From a virus: 64,000 bases of DNA. Shown piece by piece: positions 19,115 through 30,006 of this stretch. Location: positions 22,543 through 86,542 of the IMG/VR virus record IMGVR_UViG_3300027743_000001. One strand, written 5' to 3'. The translations under genes were made by a program, and so were the position numbers. Position 1 is the first letter of the stretch. Every line of letters begins with the position of its first letter. Below the pieces are notes generated by a model. That model was not told where the DNA came from and searched no databases. It worked only from the letters and a program-made list of their open reading frames with translations.

Positions 19115-19293
19115 GTCTCCTCCTGAGGTGTTGCCGGTCGGCCGGCTACCGACGTGACTTGGGCCATGACCAGAGCGAAGGCTTGTGACTCGCTGAACCC
19201 TGCCTCTTTGTAGGACAAGTACAGCTCATGCAGAGCCAAGGCCGCCGTCCTCATGGTGGACGCGACGTTGGGGGACTTGTCTTTGGGGTCCAT
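19111..19293 (-). CDS. Small hypothetical protein
   Basis: MDPKDK...LHELYLSYKEAGFSESQAFALV, a common small phage protein pattern; coupled to neighbours. Confidence 0.6.
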   Translation of the reverse strand: MDPKDKSPNVASTMRTAALALHELYLSYKEAGFSESQAFALVMAQVTSVAGRPATPQEET

Positions 19294-19619
19294 CAACTCT
19301 CCGGAATCTCGTCGATCTTGGACTGCACCGTAAGGATCATGGCCGCCGCCATCGAGAGCGCGCCGGCCTTTGTCAACCAGCGTCCCGACTTGAACCGGGA
19401 GGCGAACAGAACCGCCCCGCCGGCCCACATGGAAACGCACCAGGGGCAGTCAACCAGATACCCAGCCCTCTGGCGCAAGCCCCCGGCGCCAGGTTTCTCG
19501 GCCCAGGCCATGACCGCGTCGCGGATCGGGCGCGCGATCTCGTCGTCGGTAACCAGCCGTGTCAACCGGGCTACGGCCGCCGCCATGACGACGGCCGTCC
19601 CCGCGTCTTTGGAGTTCAT
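19293..19619 (-). CDS. DUF1360-like membrane protein
   Basis: ARLTRLVTDDEI...LVDCPWCVSMW; ATG at 19619. Confidence 0.75.
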   Translation of the reverse strand: MNSKDAGTAVVMAAAVARLTRLVTDDEIARPIRDAVMAWAEKPGAGGLRQRAGYLVDCPWCVSMWAGGAVLFASRFKSGRWLTKAGALSMAAAMILTVQSKIDEIPES

Positions 19620-19786
19620 CGGCGCTGAAGGTGAGGAGTGAGCCGGATGCCGCCGGTCTTGGAGCGCTGGTCGACGCACATCTGGCCGGCCCCCGCCTGG
19701 CAGACCGGGCACACAGTGGACAGCCGGAGGTCGAACTTGACAGCCTTGCCACATTCGCAGTCGATATCCAGGAACCGCTTCGCCAT
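19616..19786 (-). CDS. Small zinc-finger protein (56 aa)
   Basis: Not in the track. RBS AGGAGG, then MAKRFLDIDCECG...CPVCQAGAGQMC...H; ATGA overlap with the next gene. Confidence 0.6.
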   Translation of the reverse strand: MAKRFLDIDCECGKAVKFDLRLSTVCPVCQAGAGQMCVDQRSKTGGIRLTPHLQRR

Positions 19787-19857
19787 CTCTTGTTCCTCCT
19801 GAGAAAGAAGTTATCAGAAGGAATCCTAGTAGAGAGAAGTCCGATTTTACAACATAG

Positions 19858-19897
19858 AAAGAGCGGGTGACCTGCCGCGAAACAGGTCACCCGCTCT
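19858..19897 (-). terminator. Intrinsic terminator
   Basis: 14-bp stem GAGCGGGTGACCTG/CAGGTCACCCGCTC with a T-tract on the minus strand. Confidence 0.65.
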
Positions 19898-19997
19898 GTC
19901 TCAGGTCCGCGTCACCACCGTCCACGGAACCTGAAGTTGTGTGGGGAGCTAGCAACTCACGGGGGTCGGCGTAGCTAGCTCCCCGACGCCGGAGACG

Positions 19998-20147
19998 CTA
20001 CCGGTTGAGGTCGCTCCGCGCAAGTAGCGCGAAGGTCACCGCAAGGACAGCGAGACCGAACCCAATGTTGGCCTGATCCCTGATGTAGAAGATGAGAGAC
20101 GCAATAGCGCCTAACACAGCTACCAGGGGAACCCACCTGAGGTACAT
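19998..20147 (-). CDS. Small two-helix membrane protein (49 aa)
   Basis: RBS GGAGGTG, then MYLRWVPLVAVLGAIASLIFYIRDQANIGFGLAVLAVTFALLARSDLNR. Confidence 0.55.
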   Translation of the reverse strand: MYLRWVPLVAVLGAIASLIFYIRDQANIGFGLAVLAVTFALLARSDLNR

Positions 20148-20166
20148 GAAACACCTCCCTCCACCG

Positions 20167-20832
20167 CTAGGGATGGAATGTCAACCAACACCGGCATCCG
20201 ATCACTTCGTCCAGCGGAGCGCTTGGGTCTCCAGGGAACCGAAGTTCGATCCCTTCTGGTGTCACAAAGTTGTCGGAGATCGGTACGGTACTACCGGGGT
20301 AGTTTCGCGATCCAAGTATTGCATGAGAGGTTCGTACCCTGGTATCCCCGACGTTATGCCACCGCTTACGGGTCAGCCCGATCTCGTCGGCCGCCGCCAT
20401 CTGAGCGGAGGAGATCACCGCGTGGGCTACCAGGTTGTGCAGCCGCTCCGGATCCAGGTAGTCGGGGGTCTCGCCCGGGGCCGGGGGGTCATCGTGAACG
20501 CTTCTCACAACTGCCTTGGCCGCCTTGACCAGCGTTTGCATCCCGGCATCATGGCCAGCCTCACGGCCTCGGTCAGAAGCGGCCAGCAGTGCCTCAGCGC
20601 GCCGTGCGGGGGAGGCGTCCCGCTGTCTGGCCAGAGCACGATCGGCCACCCCGTAGAGCGCACCGCCGATCGTCTCCGGGAGCCCGAGCGTGCCAGCGAT
20701 CTTCTGCCAGGATCCTGTCACCGTGCCGCTGGTGGCACCGTAAGCAGCGTAAGCCGCTAGTACCACAGCCAGCGCGGGGAGCAGAGAGTTGGCTTCCTCT
20801 TCCTGCTCCTCCGGTGGGTTTGGCTGTGTCAT
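20167..20832 (-). CDS. MuF-like minor head protein
   Basis: KRWHNVGDTRVRTSH...LRFPGDPSAPLDEVIGCRC signature. Confidence 0.85.
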   Translation of the reverse strand: MTQPNPPEEQEEEANSLLPALAVVLAAYAAYGATSGTVTGSWQKIAGTLGLPETIGGALYGVADRALARQRDASPARRAEALLAASDRGREAGHDAGMQTLVKAAKAVVRSVHDDPPAPGETPDYLDPERLHNLVAHAVISSAQMAAADEIGLTRKRWHNVGDTRVRTSHAILGSRNYPGSTVPISDNFVTPEGIELRFPGDPSAPLDEVIGCRCWLTFHP

Positions 20833-22352
20833 AGCTGTCTCCCGCGCCGCCGGTTCGGGATGCCCCGAGCGATCGTCAGGCTACCCGTGTTGCGCCCCTG
20901 GTGGGTGAACTTGATGAAGCCGGCCGGCCGCTGCGTAACCGTCCGGGTCGTGGCCGAGCCGGGAGCGCCGCCCTTCAGCGCATCGGGGAAGAGAGCCGCC
21001 GCCAGAGCCCAGCCGGCCGCGTCCATCCGGTCGGGGGAGTAGCCGGACTCTCCCGGCACCCAGCTGGTCTCCTGATCTTCCAGGTCCGTGAAGTATCCGA
21101 CGTGGTGAACGCGGCCTTTCTCGTATGCTGCAGCTACCGGGCCGAACCGCACAGCCTTCTGAGCGGTTGCCCATACCTCACGGACCGGCGGAGGAGTGGT
21201 GTTGGCGTGACTGGCAGCCTGACGGATCACCCGCTTGACCAGAGCGCCGCCCTGGTTGGTCTCTACGATCACCGTCGCTTGGTGCTCACGAGCCGCCTTG
21301 ATGACCTCATCACCCCACACCGATGGGGAGGCCCGGAGAGAGTAGTCGGCTATCACGTAAGCGTGCCGCTTGAGGACGGGGTGCGTAAGTGGCACCGCTA
21401 CCACGACGATGCCGCACTCATCGTTGGGCCTCTCGGCAACCGAGGGGTCGACGCCCACGTAGAAGGCCCATCGGACGCCCGGCAGAGTCGGCGTGTTGGT
21501 TACCCGGAACGCTTCTATTGTGGACTCGGATACCTGCGCTCCATCCACCTCATCCAGCATCACACCTTCCAGCTCCTGCTGGCCCAAGGTGGTGCCGTCG
21601 TAGAGGTCCATGAGCACGTCGAGATATACGGCGGACAGGTAAGGGTTGGACTTCGTTGCCATGTTCTTGAGCAGGATTCTCTTGGCTGGGTCCTTCGCGT
21701 CCGCGATCAGTTTGCGCAGCAGAGCCACCCGCTTAGGGGTGGTCGCCGCAAGGATCTGCGGAAGCCTTCCCATACGGGTGCCGATACGCAGGTTGTCCCA
21801 CGCTGTAAGGCCGTCCACGCCAGGCTTCCACTTGTGCGCGGCCAGTTCATCCGCCACGCCGATGTGGAACGCCGGGCCACGTAGCTGGTCAGGTTCCTCA
21901 GCCGAGAATGTCAAGAGGTTGCCACCGTAAGGGAGTTCCACGAGACGCCGGGACGGAATCCAGTTCAGTGCGTCTACTTCAGACGGTGGGTAGATGTTCA
22001 TGAGACCGGACGGACCCTCAAGCAAAATGTCCCGGACGTCGGCTGCAGTACGGCCGAGCAGCGCTCCCTTGAGCGGCCGGCCAGGGTCGCGGCCCAGCTT
22101 GGCCCAGTTCTTGTCCAGGTCCCGGATCCACTCGGTCATGGCCCGTGACTTGCCGGCTCCACGGCCGCCGAGCAGGAGCGCTACAGAGAAATCCTCGCCG
22201 CCGTCTTCCTTGCGGGTCGGCACGATCTGAGACGGCCGGCCCATGAACTCCCAGCTGTAGAGCAGCTCCATCGGATCCAGCCCAGCAAGAGCCTCGGCCT
22301 GCTCCTCCGGAGGAAGGGCCGCCAGCTGCTGCTCCAGCGAGAGATCTAACAT
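20829..22352 (-). CDS. terL: Terminase large subunit
   Basis: Walker A GGRGAGKS, Walker B VADE, ATTP coupling motif, nuclease VGVDP and PDRMDA. Confidence 0.95.
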   Translation of the reverse strand: MLDLSLEQQLAALPPEEQAEALAGLDPMELLYSWEFMGRPSQIVPTRKEDGGEDFSVALLLGGRGAGKSRAMTEWIRDLDKNWAKLGRDPGRPLKGALLGRTAADVRDILLEGPSGLMNIYPPSEVDALNWIPSRRLVELPYGGNLLTFSAEEPDQLRGPAFHIGVADELAAHKWKPGVDGLTAWDNLRIGTRMGRLPQILAATTPKRVALLRKLIADAKDPAKRILLKNMATKSNPYLSAVYLDVLMDLYDGTTLGQQELEGVMLDEVDGAQVSESTIEAFRVTNTPTLPGVRWAFYVGVDPSVAERPNDECGIVVVAVPLTHPVLKRHAYVIADYSLRASPSVWGDEVIKAAREHQATVIVETNQGGALVKRVIRQAASHANTTPPPVREVWATAQKAVRFGPVAAAYEKGRVHHVGYFTDLEDQETSWVPGESGYSPDRMDAAGWALAAALFPDALKGGAPGSATTRTVTQRPAGFIKFTHQGRNTGSLTIARGIPNRRRGRQL

Positions 22353-22364
22353 GTTCCCTGCTCC

Positions 22365-24167
22365 TCACTCAACAGCGAACATAATACGCGGCACGCTTCC
22401 CGAAGGGTTTTTCGTAGGGAACGTGCTAGGGAACACGGGACTAAGGGGCAGGCTATCTACGTATAGACCGCTATAGCCAGCGGCATTGACATCAGATGAG
22501 CCGATAATACCGGGATGCGATGTCGCGCCTGTAGCAATCAAGGTAGACGCTGCGGTGACAGATCTGCCGGCAATCCAGTATCGACCCGGCTGCAAGATTA
22601 CGCCGCCGGCCACGTTCGCTGTCCTAAGTCCGTTAACGGTGGTGTCGATAACACCTAGATCATTTAGCAGTGCATCAGGACCTACCAGCGCCTTATGTGA
22701 GTACACTGCCACGCGATAGCTAGCGCTCGCGACTGCAGCTGTAACGCGCACAGCGATTCTCGTTATCGGAGTGGGGTCATCAAGAGTTAGTGGCCAGGTA
22801 TAGATCGAGTCAGTAGGCGGGGGAAGTGTGGTGCCGCCAGGGTTTCCAACAAAGGGTTGTCCGTACCAAGCAACACCCATGCCGGTCATAGGGCGGATAG
22901 CTCCGCCTGCACTAGCGCCGCCGCCGGCCGCTGCGGGAGCTGAGGCCACCCAAGTACCAGGCGTGCCGGCAACCGTGCACATCCAGAACGCGCCAACGGA
23001 GTCCTGCACCGTCTCGTTGAGCAGCCACGCTCCGGTAGTAGGCGGACCAGGAGTAGTCAGGCGAGCGGCCAGGATTATCGAAGGATTGTTGTTCTTAGTG
23101 CCTATGTGTGCGGAGCCAGGAATTTCTGTCTTGCCAGTGACTTGAGGAGAATCCGTTAGAAACACGTTGAACAGAACCGTACCGTTGTAAGCCTGTAGCT
23201 GGAAGTTCCGGCCGCCGTTGCGAGCCTTAAAGGCAATGCCGTTGTTTGAGGTGTTCTGAACAATGTCAACCGACCCAGCGCTGGTCTGGAACCGCTCGAA
23301 AATCACATCCGGTGCGGGTGCCGTGGGGTTGACGATCACGGCAGGCACCGTGGTTGACGCTGCGGGTGAGAATGACTTCTGGCCGGTGAACGTCTCCGTG
23401 CCGGCCAGGTGTGCCACCCCCGTATCCGTTGGGTTGAACATGGCTACCCACACCCGCTGCGCGGGAACCGGATTACCACCTGCGATCCACGTGACCGGGT
23501 AGGTGAAGTAGCCCGCCCCGAAGTCCCACACAGGTGCACCTGTCACCCGATACTTCTCGTACCGGGTGGAGTCATCCTTGTCCTGCATATCGATCTCAGT
23601 GCCCACCGCGACATGCTCAAGGATTCGGGTCACGTCGTTACCGGGAGCCGTCTTAACATTGATATACATCTCTGTTACAGCCATGGGATCACTAGAGTTG
23701 GTGCGCACTTGGCCAGCTGCCGGAGGTGCCCCGGGGTTGGCATTGTAGGCGTACTCCATGAACGTGCCGTTAGAGCCGGACGGCCCCTGTGGACCCTCCG
23801 GCCCTGTCAACCCGATAGGACCTTGCGGCCCCGGTGCGCCGTCCGCGCCGGCCGGACCAGGAGCCCCGTCTGCGCCGGCCGGGCCTGTTGGACCTGGCAC
23901 TGTCGAGTCCGCGCCCGCCGGACCCTGCGGGCCGGGTGGACCTGTGGGACCAGGCTCACCGACTGCACCCGGTGCCCCGATCACGAACGGGTCGGTTGAC
24001 ACGCCAGTGCCGGTGATCTCGATGTTCTCGCCGGCCACCAGCGTGCACCCGCAAAACTCGGAAGCCTCGCCACACCCGATGCAGCGGGACGTTGGAGACG
24101 TGGGGCTCTCGAACGTGACCGGCGTTCCGGTGCCGTCTTCGTCCTCACACTCAACGCATCGAGACAT
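22365..24167 (-). CDS. Collagen-like tail fibre / minor tail protein
   Basis: Cys-rich N-terminus, Gly-X-Y repeats ([13 protein letters not shown]...), beta-rich C-terminus. Confidence 0.75.
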   Translation of the reverse strand: MSRCVECEDEDGTGTPVTFESPTSPTSRCIGCGEASEFCGCTLVAGENIEITGTGVSTDPFVIGAPGAVGEPGPTGPPGPQGPAGADSTVPGPTGPAGADGAPGPAGADGAPGPQGPIGLTGPEGPQGPSGSNGTFMEYAYNANPGAPPAAGQVRTNSSDPMAVTEMYINVKTAPGNDVTRILEHVAVGTEIDMQDKDDSTRYEKYRVTGAPVWDFGAGYFTYPVTWIAGGNPVPAQRVWVAMFNPTDTGVAHLAGTETFTGQKSFSPAASTTVPAVIVNPTAPAPDVIFERFQTSAGSVDIVQNTSNNGIAFKARNGGRNFQLQAYNGTVLFNVFLTDSPQVTGKTEIPGSAHIGTKNNNPSIILAARLTTPGPPTTGAWLLNETVQDSVGAFWMCTVAGTPGTWVASAPAAAGGGASAGGAIRPMTGMGVAWYGQPFVGNPGGTTLPPPTDSIYTWPLTLDDPTPITRIAVRVTAAVASASYRVAVYSHKALVGPDALLNDLGVIDTTVNGLRTANVAGGVILQPGRYWIAGRSVTAASTLIATGATSHPGIIGSSDVNAAGYSGLYVDSLPLSPVFPSTFPTKNPSGSVPRIMFAVE

Positions 24168-24178
24168 GGCCCCTCCCC

Positions 24179-24754
24179 TCAGATCTTCATGATGTAGGCG
24201 AGAGCGAAGAACAGCGGCCGAGTTGGGACACCCGCTGAGGGAGCAGCAGTGGGGTTGATGACGTGGGTGTGAGATCCCCCGTCATCCGTGCCCACATCAG
24301 AAGTGAAAATCGGCGTTGCGTTTGATGTAGCCAGAGCCAGAGAAGATCCACTAATGGCGTAGATCTGCCGGTACCACGTGCCGTGATGGTGTGTTCCAGC
24401 AGCCTGCATGGTGTGGGTGTGCGCCGGCAGGTGCGAGGTGTTAAGCACCGTGGAGTCGGCTCCGCCCGTAGCGCCCTTGTTGTAGGACGCTCCGGAGTTC
24501 GTACCGCCGGTGTCCGTGGATGCGCCCACTATGAACCGACCGCGTAGGTCCGGAGTTCCGTTGGCGCCGTTGCACAGCGCCCACCCGGCTGGGATGGTGG
24601 CCAGCGTGCCGGACCACATGATGATGCCGCCCACCGGGAACGCCACCCCGAACGCCGCCTCGACAGCTACCGCCAGAGCCTGAATCTGGCTAGGTCCATT
24701 AGGCGGGTCAGTTAGCTCCGGATATGGAAGGTTGTACTTAGGTGTAGCGCCCAT
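24179..24754 (-). CDS. Tail collar-domain fibre protein
   Basis: [35 protein letters not shown] and ALAYIMK. Confidence 0.85.
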   Translation of the reverse strand: MGATPKYNLPYPELTDPPNGPSQIQALAVAVEAAFGVAFPVGGIIMWSGTLATIPAGWALCNGANGTPDLRGRFIVGASTDTGGTNSGASYNKGATGGADSTVLNTSHLPAHTHTMQAAGTHHHGTWYRQIYAISGSSLALATSNATPIFTSDVGTDDGGSHTHVINPTAAPSAGVPTRPLFFALAYIMKI

Positions 24755-24773
24755 AGCCCTCTCCCTTTCCAGT

Positions 24774-25493
24774 CTAGGGGTTTCGTGATCCGGTAATTAC
24801 GTTCAGCCAGTTCGAGAAGTTCGGTATCACCCAGGCTCCCCACGTGGCGGGAGAGGGGTCTCCGGGCCTTGCTGGTGTTCCGGCTATCACATCAGACCAG
24901 ACCGGGTTAGCGATAGCGCCGGGTGCTGCTCTGTAGATAAAGAATGTGCTCAGCTTTTGGCCCACAACCCAGGGGTTGCCAGTGCCGCTCGCATCAACCG
25001 GGAAGGTCTGGTAACACGCCGGACTGCCAGCAGCCGACATGCCATTGATGCGTGCGTTCCCCACGGACGGTTCAATCGTCGTGGTGAATACCAGGTTGGC
25101 GGGAGAGAGTTGCGGAGCCGTGTACGCGCACAAGGCAGCCGCTGGGGCAACTGGGAGAGCCGGCAGGCTCAACAGCAGGGGCACCGATCCGGCGAACGCT
25201 GTAGTAGGAGCAGCAGCAGCAGCAGCTAGCTGGTAGCTGCAAAAGATCAAGTCCCCCGTGGTGAATGCGGAGTAGGTCTGCACGCCGTTGCCTAGCGTCA
25301 CCCCCGTGAGGACAGGTGACCAGAGGACAGTTCTCCACGCAGCCTTTCCTCCCAGCCCCTCGATCGTGCCCTGAATCAGGGACAGCACGCTGTCTATCTC
25401 CTGCGCGGTGTCTTGGATGATAGGGAACATGTAGGCCGGGTCCGACGCCACTGGATACGGTATGGCGAACCGCGTAGTTTCATCTGGCATCAT
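24774..25493 (-). CDS. Minor tail protein paralog
   Basis: N-terminal TTRFAIPYPVASDPA shared with neighbours; WSP.LTG.TLGNG. Confidence 0.65.
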   Translation of the reverse strand: MMPDETTRFAIPYPVASDPAYMFPIIQDTAQEIDSVLSLIQGTIEGLGGKAAWRTVLWSPVLTGVTLGNGVQTYSAFTTGDLIFCSYQLAAAAAAPTTAFAGSVPLLLSLPALPVAPAAALCAYTAPQLSPANLVFTTTIEPSVGNARINGMSAAGSPACYQTFPVDASGTGNPWVVGQKLSTFFIYRAAPGAIANPVWSDVIAGTPARPGDPSPATWGAWVIPNFSNWLNVITGSRNP

Positions 25494-26083
25494 GCACCGC
25501 CCGCTGCGCTGGTGATATACAACACGCTTCCCTTTACGTAGCTATCGTTGGCCCAGACCGATGTGCCCCCAAGGCTCACCGAGGGGTGGTTATAAAGCCG
25601 CATGGCACCCTCGATAGCCACGAGAGCTAAGGCATTAGTCGTGGGGGAGATCTCTACTGCCATGTTCACGACATATGGATAGGTGGGAATCTTGGCTGTC
25701 ACCAAGTTGTGTCCGCCGGGATTCACTGTCAATGAGATTGGCAGAGATGGGGGCATGATGATGTTGGGGAACTGGTTGGCGAGCCACGCTGTAGTGGGAG
25801 GATTGGTGGGGTGCGGGAGTATCTCGAAATCTACCCACACCAGCTGCCCGAGACGGAATGCGCTGCCAGTGATAGACCCATTCCCTAGCGCCATGTTGGT
25901 AACGGTCGGAGCCCAGGTTGCTTGAGACCAGGTGATCTTGCCGGCTGAGTCTGCCGCTACCTCATCTAGAAGAATCCCCAGTTCTTCCTCCGAGTCTTCA
26001 GCGATGTGCTGCACAGCAACAATGTCGGCCGGGTCCAGCATTTCCGGATAACGGATGTCGTAGTTAGGCGTTTGCCCAGCCAT
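25490..26083 (-). CDS. Minor tail protein paralog
   Basis: MAGQTPNYDIRYPEMLDPAD; WAPTVTNMALGNG. Confidence 0.65.
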   Translation of the reverse strand: MAGQTPNYDIRYPEMLDPADIVAVQHIAEDSEEELGILLDEVAADSAGKITWSQATWAPTVTNMALGNGSITGSAFRLGQLVWVDFEILPHPTNPPTTAWLANQFPNIIMPPSLPISLTVNPGGHNLVTAKIPTYPYVVNMAVEISPTTNALALVAIEGAMRLYNHPSVSLGGTSVWANDSYVKGSVLYITSAAGGA

Positions 26084-26643
26084 CAGGCTCTCCTGTAATA
26101 AAATTGCCCGTACACGAGATTTCCGGAGGCCCACGCAGGTGTTCCTACGGTCTGATACACGGGTTGCTGGATAACACCTGCGCTGCTGCCTCCGCCCACT
26201 CCGCCGCCATACAAGGTCACCTGGCTAGCACCCGCCGCGAACAGCAGGCCGATCACCCAGCGCTGTCCGCTCGCTGAGAATCTCGCTAGAGAAGAACCTG
26301 CAGACGCGACAGGGAACGGCAAGGTAAAGGACGGAAAGCTGGTCCCCCACGACGTGGTTGGGCTAGCGACTCCAGTAACAGTGAACCGACATACCACTAG
26401 GCTAGAGAAGGTGTTGTACTGCGCCTTCACCGTGGCGTTGCCGATGATCCAACCGCCGCCGAATGTGGGGGTCCAGGTGCCTTCCGTGGGGGTGATCAAC
26501 TGGCCTTGTGTCGCGTCGTTGAGGTCGTGCAACTGGCCCAGCTCACGGTCCACATCCCGGGCCATAGTCTCCAGCACACGGATGTCCGCTCGGTCGGTCC
26601 CGAGAGGATAAGTGATCTGGTGCAGAGGTGTCTGGTCGGGCAT
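26083..26643 (-). CDS. Minor tail protein paralog
   Basis: MPDQTPLHQITYPLGTDRAD; WTPTFGGGWIIGN; start set by homology to neighbours. Confidence 0.65.
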   Translation of the reverse strand: MPDQTPLHQITYPLGTDRADIRVLETMARDVDRELGQLHDLNDATQGQLITPTEGTWTPTFGGGWIIGNATVKAQYNTFSSLVVCRFTVTGVASPTTSWGTSFPSFTLPFPVASAGSSLARFSASGQRWVIGLLFAAGASQVTLYGGGVGGGSSAGVIQQPVYQTVGTPAWASGNLVYGQFYYRRA

Positions 26644-26724
26644 GCTCTGATCGTACCGGTTACGGCCGCTCTGGTCTCCCTCCTCCCGTTGACACACGCG
26701 CGACTTCCCGTTTAGCCTCCCCGT

Positions 26725-27327
26725 GTGTTGGAGATGACCACGAGGCTCGCCTACGCCGTTAGGAGCTGGCTCACCCACCGGACCCGACCGGCCGGGGATT
26801 GCCTGGTCTGGGAAGGCTCGATAGATATCCGGGGGTATGCCCGGATCCACCATGACGGCAAGGGCCACCGCGTGCACCGGCTCATCTACATGTTGATCAA
26901 CAATCTGGAGACGCTGCCGGATGACTTCAAGCTCACCAGGACGTGCGGCCGGTGGGGCTGCGTCAAGGCCCAGCACTTCAAGTTGTTCAACCCCAGCCAG
27001 CCGGCAGACCACTGCGGATACGGCCACCCGTTCACCCCGGCCAACACATACATCTTCTATAAGAGTGGTGGCAGACGTTCCCGGATCTGCCTGGCTTGCA
27101 CCCGAGCCCGGCGGAAGGGCACCGACCGCCGGCTGGAGCCGGTATGGGAGGAGAAGCGTCCGCACGGAACTAAGGGCTACTGCGCGCGGGGACACAACCT
27201 GCAGCTGCCACTTCCCAACGAGAACATCTATGTGCTACCCAACGGTGAGCGGCGCTGCCGGATCTGCCGACGACGTAGAGAGCGTGAGACGTATGGAGCT
27301 GAAGCGGAAACACCAACCGTCCATTGA
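26725..27327 (+). CDS. HNH-like protein with two Cys/His zinc-ribbon repeats
   Basis: DCLVWEG...GYARI...HRVHR...C...C...H, then HCGYGHPFTPANTY..CLAC and YCARGH..NIY..CRIC. Confidence 0.75.
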   Translation: MLEMTTRLAYAVRSWLTHRTRPAGDCLVWEGSIDIRGYARIHHDGKGHRVHRLIYMLINNLETLPDDFKLTRTCGRWGCVKAQHFKLFNPSQPADHCGYGHPFTPANTYIFYKSGGRRSRICLACTRARRKGTDRRLEPVWEEKRPHGTKGYCARGHNLQLPLPNENIYVLPNGERRCRICRRRRERETYGAEAETPTVH

Positions 27328-27598
27328 AGACCGCATCGCTACCTACGTGCTGACGGCCGATAGGTTCGGGGACTGCCTGGTGCACCGGGGGCCACTGATC
27401 ATGTGGGTTGGACCCCGCCGCCGCGAGCGCATCGACCGTCTGGTCTTTGAGATTGTCGGAGGGTACCCCCTTAAATCCTCTGAACAGCTGATCCCCACTT
27501 GCTGCTGCGGCGTGGAAGCTGGTTGCCCCAGCCGGAGCAGCTGCCTGCACGGCAAGCTGATGCACTGCCTCAACATCGAGCACATGAAAGTGTTGTGA
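27293..27598 (+). CDS. Degenerate HNH-like paralog
   Basis: GDCLVHRG...RIDRLVF...C...CLNIEHM parallels the upstream HNH domain. Confidence 0.55.
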   Translation: MELKRKHQPSIEDRIATYVLTADRFGDCLVHRGPLIMWVGPRRRERIDRLVFEIVGGYPLKSSEQLIPTCCCGVEAGCPSRSSCLHGKLMHCLNIEHMKVL

Positions 27599-29756
27599 GT
27601 GGAGACCTACGACATGCACCGGAGGATGACCATCCTGGCCATCCTGTATGGCTGCCCGGACGACGCGATCCAGCGAGTGGTTGACAGGGCTATGTCGCGC
27701 AACAACATCACCCTGGCAACTGCCGGAGACTACATCGCTCAGGCCATGTACGAGTTGAAGATCCGAGACGTCCACCTGACCAAGCACCGTTCCCGCAAGC
27801 GCGGACAGAAGAGGGAGACCAACTCGTATGAGTGACGATGATGACGGAATCCTGTTCCCGGACAACTGGAATCCGGGGACCGGTTGCCTGGTCGCTGGAG
27901 TGATCTTGGCCTTCTGGGGTGTCGTGCTGTGGGCGATTATCTGGTGGCTGAACTCTGTCTAGGCTTACGCTTGAAGCTGTGGGGGACAGCCAGAGCATAG
28001 AGGTCAACTGGTGCCGGCTCGGAGAAGAACCGACCAGTGAACCCTTCGTGTTCTGGCACTACGACGACGCGCTGAAGTTTCTCAAAGAAGAGTTTGAATA
28101 TATGGCCTACGCCAGCACCAAGCCCAGCGTGGCGCCGACACAGAGAAGCAACCTCATGAAGCTCCGCGACGCGATCACCTATATCCAGTTACGTCGGGGG
28201 AAGCAGCCGCTTCCTGAAGTTGAGGACTGTTCATTCACCATTGGAGATATATGCTACTGGCTGAAGGGAGTGTGATGATCATCCTCAATAAGGAAGGCTG
28301 GTATCAGCACTCCTGCGGACACCAGGAGTTCTACTGGCCCGAAGAGTGGTTCCCGAACCGGTGCCGTAGGTGCCACAAGACGAACCTCCGGTGGCAGTGG
28401 GTAGACGGGTACGTCTTCCACCCTGGTGATGTCTACCGCGACGTGATGGTGTGGCTTATCAAGAGGGACAAAGATCTAGCGGCCGAGTTCTATATCTCCC
28501 TGACCGAGGGAAGATTTCTATGAGGGATATGGGGATGATGTCACCCGTGCAGTTCGGAGGAACCGAGCTTGGTTGGTGGAAGCATCTGGAGTGCAACCGC
28601 TCCTTCTTCTTCGCTCCAGCTGAGGGTCTGCTGCTCCACCCGGACGCCGAGGAGGCTGACAAGTGGTGCCACTGGTGCCGCCGGCAGTCCGACGCTTGGG
28701 AGAAGCTCCCAGGCCACCGCGTGCTGGAGCCGCAAGAGCACTGGCGGCTAGCGGTTGACAACGCTGCCAAGGCGCTCTACCAGGCCAGCCCGGTGAGCAT
28801 CCACGCTCCGCTGTGGGAGACGCTCAGCCCGAGCCGGAAGCAGGGCTACCGCTCCGTCGCCGAGCAGGTGCTGAAGGGGTGCTCCAACGACATCCGGGCC
28901 GCTGCGATATCCGAGGTGCTCCGGCTGCTGCACGGCCATCAGAAGGACGCCCTGCGGTACGTCTACGACAACATCCCGTTGTCTGCCGAGTAGTTGACAC
29001 AGGTTGAGTGGGGTCGTACACTTCCCCCGTGATGACGAAAACCGCGAGTGCGTGGTGGTATGAGACCAGCCACGATGGGATCTTCTGGCGCCGGCTGGCC
29101 CAGGTCGATCAGCATGAGGCAGTGAGCATCCACCAGCAAGCGTCGCTGGCCACGCAGGCACGTCTGGTCAGCTGCGATGACGGGACTAAGATCCCCTTGT
29201 GGAAGGATGACCGCCCGGCGGACCTGGCCATCTTGATGATGAACCTGGCTTCTCTGGGTAAGGGCTACGGCAACAGCCGAGCACGCATCCCGCATGAGGC
29301 CAAGCAGCTGCTGCTGGAGTTGAGCTACCGGGTGGCCGGCAAGGAATGGGACCAGGCCAGGGAGGTCGGTCTTGCAGCGATGAAGTTGATGAAGGGCGAT
29401 AAGTGATCGAGTACAAAGAGATCCACTTGCTCCCCGGCCAGGGAGCCTCGGAACAGTTCAGCGTCATGATGCTCACGGTGAACATGCTGTGGAACCGGGT
29501 AGCGCGCAGCTCACAGCGTGCCAAGGACTCCATCCCTCCGGACGTTGCCGAGGCTCTCCACGGATGGATGAGTGAGCTTGTTTGTTACCTCGATCGAGCC
29601 GACTGGCAGACAGCCCAAGCAGCAGCAGGTGGCCTGCTCCACCAGCTAGAGCACGCGATCTACTTCGTTGACAAGATTGATAGCGGCGGGCCTCGCGGTA
29701 ACAGTGGTACCGGTGAGAGAATCTCTCCATGGAAACACCCCCGCCGGACCTCCTGA
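27599..29756 (+). other. Run of small coupled hypothetical genes (27599-27835, 27979-28275, 28275-28523, 28520-28993, ~29029-29406, 29403-29756)
   Basis: Overlapping start/stop codons and consistent strand; several CxxC patterns. Confidence 0.6.
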
Positions 29757-30006
29757 AGTGGGCCGCCATCACGCTCGGCGCCTGCGCGGGGATCTGGCTG
29801 GCGGTATGGATCATGGAAGGCTGGCACAGACAAAAGTGGCACTTGATGAGGACACTCTCGAACTCCCCGTTGTCTCCTCCTACTACTCTAACTACCCGGC
29901 TCGGCGTGCGCCGTCGAGCGGCCAAGCAGTGGCTACGGTGTCGGTCGCTCTGACCATCGTGCTGGCTCTCCTGGCACTCCTCTGGGCTCTCATGTGAGGA
30001 TCTGAC

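Noticed and set aside
22365-26643. Diversity-generating retroelement or invertible fibre cassette
   Set aside because: No reverse transcriptase, recombinase, template/variable repeat pair or inverted crossover sites seen.
26644-27195. Long N-terminal extension of the 26083..27195 ORF
   Set aside because: Overlaps the HNH gene on the opposite strand; homology to paralogs starts at ATG 26643.
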